From a virus (Duplodnaviria; Caudoviricetes): a DNA stretch of 54,700 bases. The position numbers and the translations under genes are program-made. The notes beneath the pieces are model-generated. The model was not told the origin of the DNA and searched no databases. It saw only the letters and a list, made by a program, of their open reading frames with translations. The stretch spans positions 1 through 54,700 of the IMG/VR virus record IMGVR_UViG_3300028897_000119; one strand, given 5' to 3'. Each line of letters opens with the position of its first letter. The first letter of the stretch is position 1. Shown here piece by piece: positions 1 through 9,038 of the stretch.

Positions 1-144
1 CAGGATGCTTACGCGAAGCTGCGGCGCGAATTCGAGGACGAGGAGGACCGCCGTGCCGCTACACGTTCCTGACTGGTGCGAGAAGCACCGCGTACAGTTG
101 CGCGGCTATCCGATTGGCGACAAGCAAAACGGCGCATTCCATTT
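1..144. repeat. Terminal direct repeat, copy 1 (identical to 54557-54700); circular-assembly overlap
   Basis: Exact 144-bp match, caggatgctt...cattccattt, at both ends; ORFs read through the junction. Confidence 0.95.
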
Positions 145-394
145 CAGGGAGCGAGGGTTGAGTGTGATCGTGTCGGTTGGCGCGGGGTGGGAACACGCCT
201 CCGTCAGCCGGCGCTCAAAGATGCCGAGCTATGACGACATGACATGGATCGCCTGCACGTTTTGGGGCGATGACGACTGCCTTATGCAGCTCCACGTTCC
301 GCTCAAGGACCATGTCAACAATTTCAATTACTGCCTGCACTGGTGGCGGCCGCTCGATCAGGAGATCCCGAGGCCGCCGCAGTTCTTGGTGTGA
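53..394 (+). CDS. Conserved phage hypothetical protein (WEHxSVS...LHxWRP family)
   Basis: GTG start after GAGGAGGA; motifs GWEHASVS, FWGDDDCLMQLH and CLHWWRP, recalled from a widespread phage family. Confidence 0.75.
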   Translation: MPLHVPDWCEKHRVQLRGYPIGDKQNGAFHFRERGLSVIVSVGAGWEHASVSRRSKMPSYDDMTWIACTFWGDDDCLMQLHVPLKDHVNNFNYCLHWWRPLDQEIPRPPQFLV

Positions 395-403
395 GGAGGA
401 CGC

Positions 404-595
404 ATGAAAATCTTTTGGTGGGGTGACGTCGATGATCTCTACGCACAATTGCCGACGCTGCATTTCACGCAGCCGGAAACGATGACGGTCATGGTCGAGT
501 ATGGCGACAAGGCCGGCAAGCTCGAGGAGCTGATTGGTGCCGGCTACATCGAGGTCAGCCGGCGCACGGCGTTCACGATGGGGCTGCCGGCATGA
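404..595 (+). CDS. Hypothetical protein
   Basis: GAGGAGG Shine-Dalgarno; ATGA overlap with next gene. Confidence 0.7.
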   Translation: MKIFWWGDVDDLYAQLPTLHFTQPETMTVMVEYGDKAGKLEELIGAGYIEVSRRTAFTMGLPA

Positions 596-933
596 TTGAT
601 CGAAGTGACGAGAAGCCCCGCTTTGTGATCGCGCAGCCGGCGCCGACGCACATTGCATTCATGGCGCAGGGCGAGGAGGTCGGCCGAATGTACCTCGAGG
701 ATCCGCTGCGGTTCGAGGGGCGCGCGGATTGCGCGGCGCAAGTGTTCTTCAACCATGTGGTGAATCACCACTTGCAGATCCGCGAACTCCTGATGCGATA
801 CATCCGGCATGTCGGAAACTGCGAGGGTGTTGACTTCATCTCGCGCCCAGGTGATCGGCGCGGCAGCAACGAATTCACCGACGACCAGTGGGCAAAGCTC
901 GAAGCTCTTGCGAGGGAAGCGTGGAACACGTAG
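592..933 (+). CDS. Hypothetical protein
   Basis: Translationally coupled ORF with typical codon usage. Confidence 0.7.
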   Translation: MIDRSDEKPRFVIAQPAPTHIAFMAQGEEVGRMYLEDPLRFEGRADCAAQVFFNHVVNHHLQIRELLMRYIRHVGNCEGVDFISRPGDRRGSNEFTDDQWAKLEALAREAWNT

Positions 934-1237
934 ATTCGACAGCTCGGCATTTTCAGGTGCCGAAAATTTTAGGCCCCCGGAGTAACCAGCTCCGAGGGCC
1001 TCGGGAATCGGGTAGTCGATTACCGGCGCACACGGATTGTAACGCAAAATCCGCGTGTCGCCCTACCGGCGCCGCTTCCTGCGGTGCTAATTCCACACTC
1101 GACCGGAACTCGAGCAGGCAAAAATCTCGGGGAGGTCCGACCGGCCGACCAGTGATCCGAGTGGCCATAAGGGCAACGGCAGCGACCAAAGGCGAGCCTA
1201 GTAGCCTGTCACCCGACAGGGCCAAAGGCCGGTAGAT
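934..1237. other. Hairpin-dense intergenic region (candidate ncRNA, regulatory leader or origin)
   Basis: Several inverted repeats, e.g. tcggcat/gtgccga, aggccc..ggag/ctcc..gggcct, ggcg-cacacggatt/aatccgcgtgtcgcc, cctgtc/gacagg. Confidence 0.45.
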
Positions 1238-1732
1238 ATGCCCGCGAATCACGAATTGTTCCTCGAGCGGCTCGACGCCAGTCAAACGGCGGTGTGGTGG
1301 GTCGCGCATTACCTGTGGCAGCGCGGCCATACCGTGAAGCTGCCGCCATACGAGCGGGCACCCACTTACGAGGAGCGGGGAGGCTACAGCGACAACGGGG
1401 ATCTCTACGTGGACGCCGGCGACGATGCCGGCTGGCACCGCTGCGAGGTCAAGCGGCTTGGCTACCCGTTTACGTGCCGCAAGGACTGGCCGCACAAGAC
1501 ATACATGGTTTGCTCGACATCGTCATTTGATCGAGCGACCGAGAAACCTGACTGGTATTTCCACCTCAATCCCGACATGACGCACTTTGGCTTTGTGGAT
1601 GTCGGCAAGACGGTGGACCAGTGGCAAAAGCAAACTGCAAAGGACAGCAATTTCGGCGGTCTCGAGCAGGAGGTGTACGTGGTCAATCCCGACCGCGTTC
1701 GATTCATGGAGCTGAGGTTTGATAATGGCTAA
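1238..1732 (+). CDS. Putative PD-(D/E)XK nuclease-fold protein
   Basis: DNGDL...EVK motif. Confidence 0.55.
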   Translation: MPANHELFLERLDASQTAVWWVAHYLWQRGHTVKLPPYERAPTYEERGGYSDNGDLYVDAGDDAGWHRCEVKRLGYPFTCRKDWPHKTYMVCSTSSFDRATEKPDWYFHLNPDMTHFGFVDVGKTVDQWQKQTAKDSNFGGLEQEVYVVNPDRVRFMELRFDNG

Positions 1733-2033
1733 GAAAAAACAAGCGAAAGCAATGACGTTCCGGCAGCGCCTTCGGGCTGACTGTGCTGACCGGCTCGAGA
1801 AGATCTGCGAGGCAGTGCGGCTCAACGCCATCAATGCCGTGCAGGCATCGGACTCGGCAATCAATCCGTATGACGTCATGCGGCTGATTACCGGGGGGCA
1901 GACAAAGACGCTGCGCGAGCGGCTGATTACCGAGCTGGCCAATGAGATCGAGGCCGAGCTCGAGCAGATCTACAACCGGCAGATCGGTCTCGACTTGGAG
2001 GACGGCAATGGCGTCGAAAAAACCGAAGATTGA
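1725..2033 (+). CDS. Hypothetical helical protein
   Basis: ATG after GAGG; overlaps neighbouring genes. Confidence 0.7.
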   Translation: MAKKKQAKAMTFRQRLRADCADRLEKICEAVRLNAINAVQASDSAINPYDVMRLITGGQTKTLRERLITELANEIEAELEQIYNRQIGLDLEDGNGVEKTED

Positions 2034-2724
2034 GTCGCTGCCGGTCGAGTCAATCGAGGCCACTGCGGCGACGCAGGTACGCAAGCGTCTCGACAAGGAC
2101 ACCATCGAGCAGTATCGGGAGGATCTCGAGAATGGCGACCAGTTCCCGGCGATCATCGTGTTCCGCGAGAAAAACAGCAAGCGCACGGTGCTGGCTGATG
2201 GCTTCCATCGCCTGCTCGCACACATTCACGCCGAGAAGGAAACCATCGACTGCGAGATCCACGAGGGCGACATTCACGCGGCGCTGCAATATGCCCTGGG
2301 TGCCAATGCGCAGCACGGCCTGAGACGCACGAAACAGGACAAGCGCAACGCGGTGGAGCTGGCCCTCAAGGATCCTGAGATCTCGTCTCTCGAGCGTCAG
2401 GAGATCGCTGACTTGTGCCGTGTGCATGTGCGCACGGTCTACAAGATTCAGCGGGAGCTGAATATCGGCGACGAGCCGGCGACCGAGAAACCCAAGAAGC
2501 CGGAAAAGGCCAAGCCCGAGGACAATCGACCCTCGGCCAAGCCGGAGCCGACGCAGGAGGAGGTCGAGCTCGAGGAGCTGCGACAAGCCTGCTCGCTCAT
2601 CAAGGCGTTTCCCTATGGTGGCGAGGACTCCACCAAGCTCGAGCTCACGCCTGACGATGTCGCGGATCTCGAATACGTGAGCACTTGGACGGCGGCGGCC
2701 GTGATCGTGGCGAGGAAAAAGTGA
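2008..2724 (+). CDS. ParB/Srx-like N-terminal domain protein with HTH
   Basis: FPAIIV...LADGFHRL...NAQHGL motifs followed by RQEIADLCRVHVRTV (HTH-like); GGAGG Shine-Dalgarno. Confidence 0.8.
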   Translation: MASKKPKIESLPVESIEATAATQVRKRLDKDTIEQYREDLENGDQFPAIIVFREKNSKRTVLADGFHRLLAHIHAEKETIDCEIHEGDIHAALQYALGANAQHGLRRTKQDKRNAVELALKDPEISSLERQEIADLCRVHVRTVYKIQRELNIGDEPATEKPKKPEKAKPEDNRPSAKPEPTQEEVELEELRQACSLIKAFPYGGEDSTKLELTPDDVADLEYVSTWTAAAVIVARKK

Positions 2725-4238
2725 AGATCGAGACGCGCGAGTATCAGGCGAGCGATGTTGACTATGCGATGGGGCATGGCGTCAACGACCGCGTGATCCA
2801 CTGTGCGCCGACCGGCTCAGGCAAGACGATCATCCAATGCCTGATAGCAAAGCGGGAAATGGATCGCGGCAATTCGACCGCGATCCTGACCCCGCGCAAT
2901 GAGATCTTCACGCAGACGCACGGCGCAGCCGCCTCGATCTGCGGGGCGAACAACGTCTCGACGATGCGCGCCAAGCGTCAGGGCGAATACTGGAATCCAA
3001 TGAATCCGGTGCATGTCATATCCTGGCCGACGCTCATCGCCCGAGTCCGCAAAGACAAAGACTTCTGGTTCCCGAGGGTCGATCGCGTCCTCGTCGATGA
3101 GTGTCACCTTTCGATGGCACCGAAGATCCTCGAGATCCTCAACCACTACGAGCTCAAAGCCCGCGTCGATGGCTACACGGCGACGCCGGCACGGCAGACT
3201 GGCCGAGGCTTGGGCTACTACTTCACCGAGATCAAAAACGTGGTCTCGGTGCGCCAGCTCATCAAGGAGGGATACCTCGCGCCGGTCGAATACTATGGCG
3301 CTGACGCGCCGGATCTCACCGGCATTAAGATCAGGAAGGGCGACTATGAGGTCGGCAAGTTATCGAAAGCCTGCGTCGAGCTGGTGGGCGACGCGATCGA
3401 CAATTGGCTCAGGCTGGCATCCGACCGACACACCATCACGTTCGCCGTTGACATCCGACACTGCGAGGCCCTCGCCGACCGCTTCAATCGGGTCGGCATC
3501 AAGGCCGAGGCGCTGCACACCGGACTGTCGCAGGGCGACCGCGACAGAGTCGTGGCTGCGTTCAAGGCCCAAAAAATTCAGGTGCTCGTCAACGTAGGCA
3601 TAGCGTCATACGGATTCGACGCACCCTCGGTTCGCTGCGTCCAGGTATGCCGGCCGACCAAAAGCATCGTGTTGCACTTGCAGATGATTGGTCGAGGCAT
3701 GAGGCCCAAGCCTGACGGTGGCGAGTGCATGGTCCTCGATCATGCCGGCAACGTGCCGCGCCTCGGCATGGCTGACGATCTGTTCCGCTGGCGCCTCGAT
3801 GATGGCAAGAAAGCCTGCGATAACTGGTCGCGTCATCCGAAATCGGGCGAGGCCGAGGAGTCCAAGCAATACGAGTGTCAGGAGTGCCGGCACATATTCA
3901 GCCGCCAGCGGATCTGCCCGAAATGTGGCTGGCAAGTACCGTTCTCGAAGCGTGACATCGAGGCCAAGGACGCGGATCTGGTGCCGATCGGCAGGAACAC
4001 GGCCAAGCCGCTGCCGCCCGACTGGCCGAGCTATGAGGTGTTCTACGCCATGCTTCGGCACTACGCTCAGGAGAAGGGCCGCAAGCCCATGTGGGCCGTG
4101 TTTACGTTCGAGAAAAAGGCCAAGTGCCGGCCGCCGCACGAATGGAATAATCACGCGCTGGTGCCGCCGTCGCCGCGCGTACTCAACTACATCAGGAGCC
4201 GAGAGATTGCCTTCTATAAAGCCAAGCAACGAGCATAA
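2721..4238 (+). CDS. SF2 DExH helicase (RadD/YejH-like) with C-terminal zinc finger
   Basis: Walker A APTGSGKT, DECH, TATP, GFDAP, QMIGRGMR, LDHAGN, CxxC...CxxC. Confidence 0.92.
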   Translation: MKIETREYQASDVDYAMGHGVNDRVIHCAPTGSGKTIIQCLIAKREMDRGNSTAILTPRNEIFTQTHGAAASICGANNVSTMRAKRQGEYWNPMNPVHVISWPTLIARVRKDKDFWFPRVDRVLVDECHLSMAPKILEILNHYELKARVDGYTATPARQTGRGLGYYFTEIKNVVSVRQLIKEGYLAPVEYYGADAPDLTGIKIRKGDYEVGKLSKACVELVGDAIDNWLRLASDRHTITFAVDIRHCEALADRFNRVGIKAEALHTGLSQGDRDRVVAAFKAQKIQVLVNVGIASYGFDAPSVRCVQVCRPTKSIVLHLQMIGRGMRPKPDGGECMVLDHAGNVPRLGMADDLFRWRLDDGKKACDNWSRHPKSGEAEESKQYECQECRHIFSRQRICPKCGWQVPFSKRDIEAKDADLVPIGRNTAKPLPPDWPSYEVFYAMLRHYAQEKGRKPMWAVFTFEKKAKCRPPHEWNNHALVPPSPRVLNYIRSREIAFYKAKQRA

Positions 4239-4281
4239 CCCTGGGCGCCAGCAACGGCGCCTGATATTCCTCGCCGACCGA

Positions 4282-4521
4282 ATGGCCTTGCTGTTATTGG
4301 AGCTGGTGCGCCGAGACTTTGAGTTTGGCAAATTTTGCTTCGAGGAATTCTACGAGGGTGAGATCCCCGACCATCACCGCAAGAGCAGGGACTACGAGAT
4401 CTGCCTCGATTTTGTCCGCATGATGCTGAGGAAACACGATGAAAAAGAAAGGGCCGAGAGTCAGGAATCCACGGCGCAAGCCGGATCGCTACCAGAACAT
4501 CGAAAAGCACAAGCATCCTGA
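4282..4521 (+). CDS. Possible hypothetical protein (start uncertain)
   Basis: Fills the gap between helicase and DUF1064 genes; no clear Shine-Dalgarno. Confidence 0.3.
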   Translation: MALLLLELVRRDFEFGKFCFEEFYEGEIPDHHRKSRDYEICLDFVRMMLRKHDEKERAESQESTAQAGSLPEHRKAQAS

Positions 4522-4840
4522 CGGCACGGTCTGCGACTCGAAGCGGGAGCTCAAGCGATACGAGGAGCTGCTACTCATGCAGCGCGCCGGCGTGATCCGA
4601 GATCTCACGGTGCATCCACGGTATGCCATCACCATCGGCGGCACACCGATCAAGATTCGCTCGGCTGGCTACCCGAACGGCCGGCACCTCACCTACGTCG
4701 CTGACTTCGAGTATCACGATCTCGAGCGATCCAAGCTGGTCATCGAGGATGTGAAAATGCAAAGCGGCTTCCGCACGGAAGTCTACAAGATCAAGAAAGC
4801 ACTCATGGAGGCGATGGGCTATGCCATTACCGAGTATTGA
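4439..4840 (+). CDS. DUF1064-family putative endonuclease
   Basis: DSKRELKRY...YVADFEY...IEDVK...YKIKK motif. Confidence 0.85.
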   Translation: MKKKGPRVRNPRRKPDRYQNIEKHKHPDGTVCDSKRELKRYEELLLMQRAGVIRDLTVHPRYAITIGGTPIKIRSAGYPNGRHLTYVADFEYHDLERSKLVIEDVKMQSGFRTEVYKIKKALMEAMGYAITEY

Positions 4841-5000
4841 GGCCAAGCGCCGGCAGCTACAGCGCCGAGGCTGGTCGCCGAAGCGGATCGAGCAGTACCT
4901 CAAGGACTGGAAATGGAAGATCCACCCACCACTCGAAACGCGCGGCAATGCCCGCCGGCCCAAGGCGGTCGGCAAGGGGAGCCTGCCTCATGGTAGGTAA
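4821..5000 (+). CDS. Small basic hypothetical protein, 59 aa (MPLPSIEAKRRQ...); not in the ORF track
   Basis: GGAGG at 4807; open frame to TAA at 5000; bridges the DUF1064 and Ref-like genes. Confidence 0.55.
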   Translation: MPLPSIEAKRRQLQRRGWSPKRIEQYLKDWKWKIHPPLETRGNARRPKAVGKGSLPHGR

Positions 5001-5445
5001 AACCGCGCCGATCAAGGTCTCGCACCGCCAGCGATTCAAGATCATCAAGGAGGCCATTGGCTGTCTGCCTTGCGCCTGTGTCGGCTACCTCGATGTGCAT
5101 ACGAGCATCGAGCATGTCACCGATGCGGGGCGCCGCCTTGAGGGCGAACACGATGCGACGATAGGGCTATGCGCATGGCACCACTTCGGCACTTGTCACC
5201 CTGGAAGAACTCGGCAGTGGATGTCCGGCGAATTCGGGCCTAGCCTTGCTTGGGGCCGGCGAGTGTTCGAGGAGCACTTCGGCGACGAGGTCACGGTGCT
5301 GCTACCCTTGCAGGATCTCGTCATCGGCTGGTACTTGGAGTCGCCGTGGCCTGACTATACAATGCCCCGGAACATTGCCCGCAAGCTGCGAATAGAATGG
5401 ATCGAGCTGAATCATGCCTACACTACACGGTCGAGCGAAGCGTAA
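4990..5445 (+). CDS. Ref-like (recombination enhancement) HNH nuclease
   Basis: GCLPC...EH...TIGLCAWHH...GPSLAWG...FEEHFG pattern. Confidence 0.75.
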   Translation: MVGKTAPIKVSHRQRFKIIKEAIGCLPCACVGYLDVHTSIEHVTDAGRRLEGEHDATIGLCAWHHFGTCHPGRTRQWMSGEFGPSLAWGRRVFEEHFGDEVTVLLPLQDLVIGWYLESPWPDYTMPRNIARKLRIEWIELNHAYTTRSSEA

Positions 5446-5539
5446 AGAAAAATCCGCTGTTTCCCCGCCTCGCCTTGATTTGTGGAGATTTCATCAGAAT
5501 TCGGGACCGGAACTCGGTGCCGGAGAGGTTTGATCGCCT

Positions 5540-5869
5540 ATGTCAAAGATGGGTCGAGGACCAGCCGCCAAGATAGACGCGCCTCGCGATCTGCCGAGCG
5601 GCATTCCCTGGGTGCAATGGCGGGTCGAGAATGAGGACGAGATCGCGCGGTTCCTTGAGGGCTTCGAGGTCCGTATGCGGCCGGCTCCGGGGAATCAATT
5701 GCTGATTCAGGGCCGCTATCATCGCTGGTCGCTACAACTCAGCCCCGGCGACTGCCTCGTGCTACAGCCTGCCTCGGCTGAGTACCCGCGCGAGCGGCTC
5801 GGGCTCGTCCGTGTGCCCGAGTCCGCAAAGTTCCGCGAGTCAGAGAACCCCGAGGACTTCCGCTTCTAG
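5540..5869 (+). CDS. Hypothetical protein
   Basis: GGAGAGG Shine-Dalgarno; converges on the minus-strand operon. Confidence 0.65.
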   Translation: MSKMGRGPAAKIDAPRDLPSGIPWVQWRVENEDEIARFLEGFEVRMRPAPGNQLLIQGRYHRWSLQLSPGDCLVLQPASAEYPRERLGLVRVPESAKFRESENPEDFRF

Positions 5870-6043
5870 CGTGAATTGCACGGCGTAGGGAAAGCGGCGG
5901 TCGCCGGCGATCCACATGCGAATAGCCCGCTCCGAGCAGCCAAGTATTTCCTCGGCCACTTGGCGCTGAGTCTTGCCAGTGCTGGCGATTAGCTGGCGCA
6001 GGTACTCAGGATCGGGATTGTATTCGGCCGGATTGGGTTTCAC
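5840..6043 (-). CDS. XRE-type HTH transcriptional regulator; last gene of the minus-strand operon
   Basis: YLRQLIASTGKTQRQVAEEILGCSERAIRMW. Confidence 0.85.
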   Translation of the reverse strand: MKPNPAEYNPDPEYLRQLIASTGKTQRQVAEEILGCSERAIRMWIAGDRRFPYAVQFTLEAEVLGVL

Positions 6044-6267
6044 CGCGCCTCCCTTGCGGCCTGCCGCCTTGCCATATATTCGAGCACCGGGACCGGCAGA
6101 CTACGCCACTCGACGGCCAGCGCGTCGAGCAGGTATTGCCGGCCCTCGGCGGCCGTCTCGGAGTATTCCGAGTCCGGCGGCCATAGGCAGCTAATGGTTT
6201 CGATGGCGTCTACTCGGCGCCGGTCAAGCTCGCGACGGTCGTCGCAGTGGTGGCAACAATTGCTCAT
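6040..6267 (-). CDS. Early hypothetical protein
   Basis: Coupled ORF; GGAGG Shine-Dalgarno. Confidence 0.7.
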   Translation of the reverse strand: MSNCCHHCDDRRELDRRRVDAIETISCLWPPDSEYSETAAEGRQYLLDALAVEWRSLPVPVLEYMARRQAAREAR

Positions 6268-6509
6268 GGCTCGCCTCCTGGGTAAGTAAGCATGAAATCG
6301 TCAAGCGCGTCATCGGTGACGCCTGCCTCGCGATCCTCCTTGTCTCGCTGCTCGATGGCCGCATACCAGCCCTGCACGAATGCGTCCTGCTGTACGCAAT
6401 GCAGCGGGTCAACGTCGCCCTCGTAGCAGTCGCAGCAAATTGGTTCGCCAGTGGCGGCGGCGAACACCTCAAAAATCGGGTCGCCGCACTTCTCGCATAG
6501 TCTCGTCAT
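6264..6509 (-). CDS. Early protein with small zinc finger
   Basis: CEKC...CCDC; ATGA coupling. Confidence 0.7.
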   Translation of the reverse strand: MTRLCEKCGDPIFEVFAAATGEPICCDCYEGDVDPLHCVQQDAFVQGWYAAIEQRDKEDREAGVTDDALDDFMLTYPGGEP

Positions 6510-6739
6510 TGGTTCGCCCTCCGGTGCTTGGCCTGTCCTGGGCCGTGGAAGTGGTGACGCTCGCCCGAGGTGAACACGACTGTTCCCACCTCGAACCAGC
6601 TTTGCCAGTGGCAGACCCGATGCACAAGGCCGTCATCGCCTATGCACTGAATCTGCTGCCCCGGCAATGGATTGCCGAGGCGCCATGTTGTCGCGGGCTC
6701 GCCCTTGCCCTTGCTGATAGATACGTGTGTCGGTTTCAT
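6506..6739 (-). CDS. Early hypothetical protein
   Basis: GGAGG Shine-Dalgarno; ATGA coupling. Confidence 0.65.
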   Translation of the reverse strand: MKPTHVSISKGKGEPATTWRLGNPLPGQQIQCIGDDGLVHRVCHWQSWFEVGTVVFTSGERHHFHGPGQAKHRRANQ

Positions 6740-7338
6740 CGTGGACCCTCCGAAAATGCGCCAATACATTCGAGCGAGTGCCGGACGCAATAGCCGAACT
6801 CTTTGGCCGCGTCGGTGTCGCTGGTGGTTTCTGTCGCCTGCTTGCCGTAGGTAATGCGGTGCAGGGCCTCGCCGTCGCCGAGGTACTTGTATTCCCACTT
6901 AACGGGATGATCGCCCTCGCTCCACTCGGTGAGAATCATCCACGGCGGCGGCGGCGGCAGCCCCTCGCGGAACATGCCGGCCGCGTCGCAGTGGGCAAGG
7001 TCACGCTCGCGCGCAAGCCTCGCGATCTCGTCCAGGGTGTCGGCGCTCCACTCCTCCTCAGCTTCGAGGAGGTGCAGCACGGCGGCCGCGAAGTCGGCGC
7101 GCCGCTGGTTGGTCTCCTCGATACTGCCTCGCGGGCCGGAGCCGTTGAACCAGTTATCGGAAACCCAAGCGGTGCCGCACTCCTCGCCCTCGGAGGTGCG
7201 CAGTATCGCCGTGCCGGCCTCGGAGTCGGCCAGCGTATTGATTAGCTTCGGCGCGTTGAGTACGTGCGCCATCTCCTCGCTCAAGCGGTCATCGAAAGCC
7301 TCGGCGTGAGTGTCAACGCTGATATGTATGAACCTCAT
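6736..7338 (-). CDS. Early hypothetical protein, acidic, probably multi-domain
   Basis: GAGGAGG Shine-Dalgarno; 200-aa ORF. Confidence 0.75.
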   Translation of the reverse strand: MRFIHISVDTHAEAFDDRLSEEMAHVLNAPKLINTLADSEAGTAILRTSEGEECGTAWVSDNWFNGSGPRGSIEETNQRRADFAAAVLHLLEAEEEWSADTLDEIARLARERDLAHCDAAGMFREGLPPPPPWMILTEWSEGDHPVKWEYKYLGDGEALHRITYGKQATETTSDTDAAKEFGYCVRHSLECIGAFSEGPR

Positions 7339-7559
7339 GGCTGCACCTCCTCGGCGCTGTCGAAAAACGCGCCCGAATAGGTGCCGATATGCAAGTCGCC
7401 CGCCTCGTCGATCTCGGCCGGATAGATACCGCTCGGGACATCGTCGGGGTCGTCTTGGCGCAGGATTAGCGCCTTTGCGTCGCGCTGGTCGGGGTCGTCA
7501 TAGGGCCCGTAGAGCGTGGGCTCGACATCCTGATAAATGAACAAAACGTAAAATTTCAT
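7335..7559 (-). CDS. Early, very acidic small protein (74 aa)
   Basis: ACGCGAGGAG leader; Asp-rich sequence. Confidence 0.75.
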   Translation of the reverse strand: MKFYVLFIYQDVEPTLYGPYDDPDQRDAKALILRQDDPDDVPSGIYPAEIDEAGDLHIGTYSGAFFDSAEEVQP

Positions 7560-7614
7560 CGTGTTACTCCTCGCGTGAACGGGCGCCGACACTGTGCCGG
7601 CGCCCTTGTTGGTT

Positions 7615-7866
7615 TCAGTAGCGCGCAAGCTGCTCGATCCAGTCGAGGCCGTTGCTTATGGGTGCCTCGATCCGCTGGCAGCCCTCGCCATTGCTGAACG
7701 GGTACAGGATCGTGCCCCGCCTTGCTTCTCGGTCGTAGTAAAGCCAGCGGTCGCCGTGCGCGGCGAAGCCGAGACCCTGGGCGAGCGCCTCGACATACTC
7801 GCGCTGCGCCCATACCTGCCGAGCCTCGCCCTCGCGGGGCTCGGTGAGTGTCTTGCTGATTGTCAT
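7615..7866 (-). CDS. Early hypothetical protein (MTISKTLTEP...)
   Basis: AGGAGG Shine-Dalgarno directly after the upstream stop. Confidence 0.7.
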   Translation of the reverse strand: MTISKTLTEPREGEARQVWAQREYVEALAQGLGFAAHGDRWLYYDREARRGTILYPFSNGEGCQRIEAPISNGLDWIEQLARY

Positions 7867-7876
7867 GGCGTACCTC

Positions 7877-8161
7877 CTAGAATTCGTCGGCCTCGATAAT
7901 TCCCCGGCCGCACTCGTTGCACGTTTGCCCGATGGCGTCGGGCTCGGCCCAAGTCCCGCAGTCGGGACAAATAGCAGACTCCGGCGCGGTAGCCTCGAAG
8001 CTCCACGCGCCGCAAGTGTTGCCGTTAATGTCGAGCAGGTTCCCGCAGTCATGGCCGGCCTCGATACGGTTGGCGGCCTGCCGTAGCAGGCGCGCCGTCT
8101 CAGTCTCGCCGCCGTCCGCGAAAGCGGAGCCGTTGCCCTCGATCTCAAGACTAAGCCGCAT
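7877..8161 (-). CDS. Early conserved phage protein (AF...E.ARLL...DINGN.G) with C-terminal zinc finger
   Basis: Family motif recalled from small phage proteins; CPDC...CNEC. Confidence 0.75.
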   Translation of the reverse strand: MRLSLEIEGNGSAFADGGETETARLLRQAANRIEAGHDCGNLLDINGNTCGAWSFEATAPESAICPDCGTWAEPDAIGQTCNECGRGIIEADEF

Positions 8162-8813
8162 CTTTCGCCTCCTTCGCGCGGTAGTCGCGCAGGAACTCGA
8201 TAACGGCCGCCATCTCGCGGGCGCTGAGGTCAATCTTTACGCTGCCGGGGCTGCGGTATTCAATCGTCAACGGCCCGCCCTCGATCTCGCGGACAAAATA
8301 GGGCCGGTCGGCCTGCCGGTGCTCGTTGTGAGTGTCGCGCGTTGCTTTCCATAGCAAGTCGATAAGCTCGGCCTCGCCGTCGCTGCTCTTTTGCCGGTCG
8401 GCTGCGATCTCCTCGGCCCTCGCATAAAGGCGCTCGTATTCCGGCAATAGCCGGCGCTCGATGTCGCGCGCGATAGCCTCGGGAGTCCTTGAACGGGCGC
8501 ACGAGATAACCGGCCGCGACTCTTTCGGGTTCCACATTGTCGAGGGGTCCACGGTCATCGTGCGGCCATCGGGGTCGGCGTAAGTCGGCCAGCCCAGGGC
8601 GCGGAACTCGAAGCGGTCGGGCTTGTTCCATACCACCTCGGCCACTATCTGCCGGCCTTGCCCGTTGCTGAAATAGTGCCAGCGGCTCCATGCGTCCTGT
8701 TCCTCGGGGTCGGGGTCAAGCTGCCAGCCGTTGCCGAGTGCCTCGGCTACTGGTGCAAGCTGCTCCCGCATATATGCGCGCTCCTCGGCGCGTTCTTTCT
8801 GGTAGTCGTTCAT
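8151..8813 (-). CDS. Early hypothetical protein
   Basis: ACGCGAGGAG leader; 220-aa ORF. Confidence 0.8.
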   Translation of the reverse strand: MNDYQKERAEERAYMREQLAPVAEALGNGWQLDPDPEEQDAWSRWHYFSNGQGRQIVAEVVWNKPDRFEFRALGWPTYADPDGRTMTVDPSTMWNPKESRPVISCARSRTPEAIARDIERRLLPEYERLYARAEEIAADRQKSSDGEAELIDLLWKATRDTHNEHRQADRPYFVREIEGGPLTIEYRSPGSVKIDLSAREMAAVIEFLRDYRAKEAKDAA

Positions 8814-8857
8814 GCTCTTACTCCTCGCGTAAGGGTTACGGGTCCAATGCGACCCAC

Positions 8858-8882
8858 CAAGCCGCCGACTCGCGGCGGCTTG
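8858..8882. repeat. Intergenic hairpin CAAGCCGCCG-N5-CGGCGGCTTG, copy 1
   Basis: Perfect 10-bp stem, identical to the stem at 10358-10382. Confidence 0.85.
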
Positions 8883-8891
8883 AGGGGGGCA

Positions 8892-9038
8892 CTAATGCCA
8901 GTCGTGGACGTAGCCGCCAAGGCGGCGAATCTCGGCCATTGCCTCGCGGTGCTCGGCCTCGCTGCGGGTTATCCACGTATTGCCGGCCATGCCGGCGCGC
9001 GGGGGCGAATAGCCCCAATGTATGACGCTGTACCTCAT
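8892..9038 (-). CDS. Early small protein (48 aa)
   Basis: GGAGG Shine-Dalgarno; ATGA coupling. Confidence 0.6.
   Translation of the reverse strand: MRYSVIHWGYSPPRAGMAGNTWITRSEAEHREAMAEIRRLGGYVHDWH

Noticed and set aside
2008-2724. Plasmid-prophage partition system
   Set aside because: No ParA or Rep gene and no parS array seen; lone ParB-like domains are common in phages.
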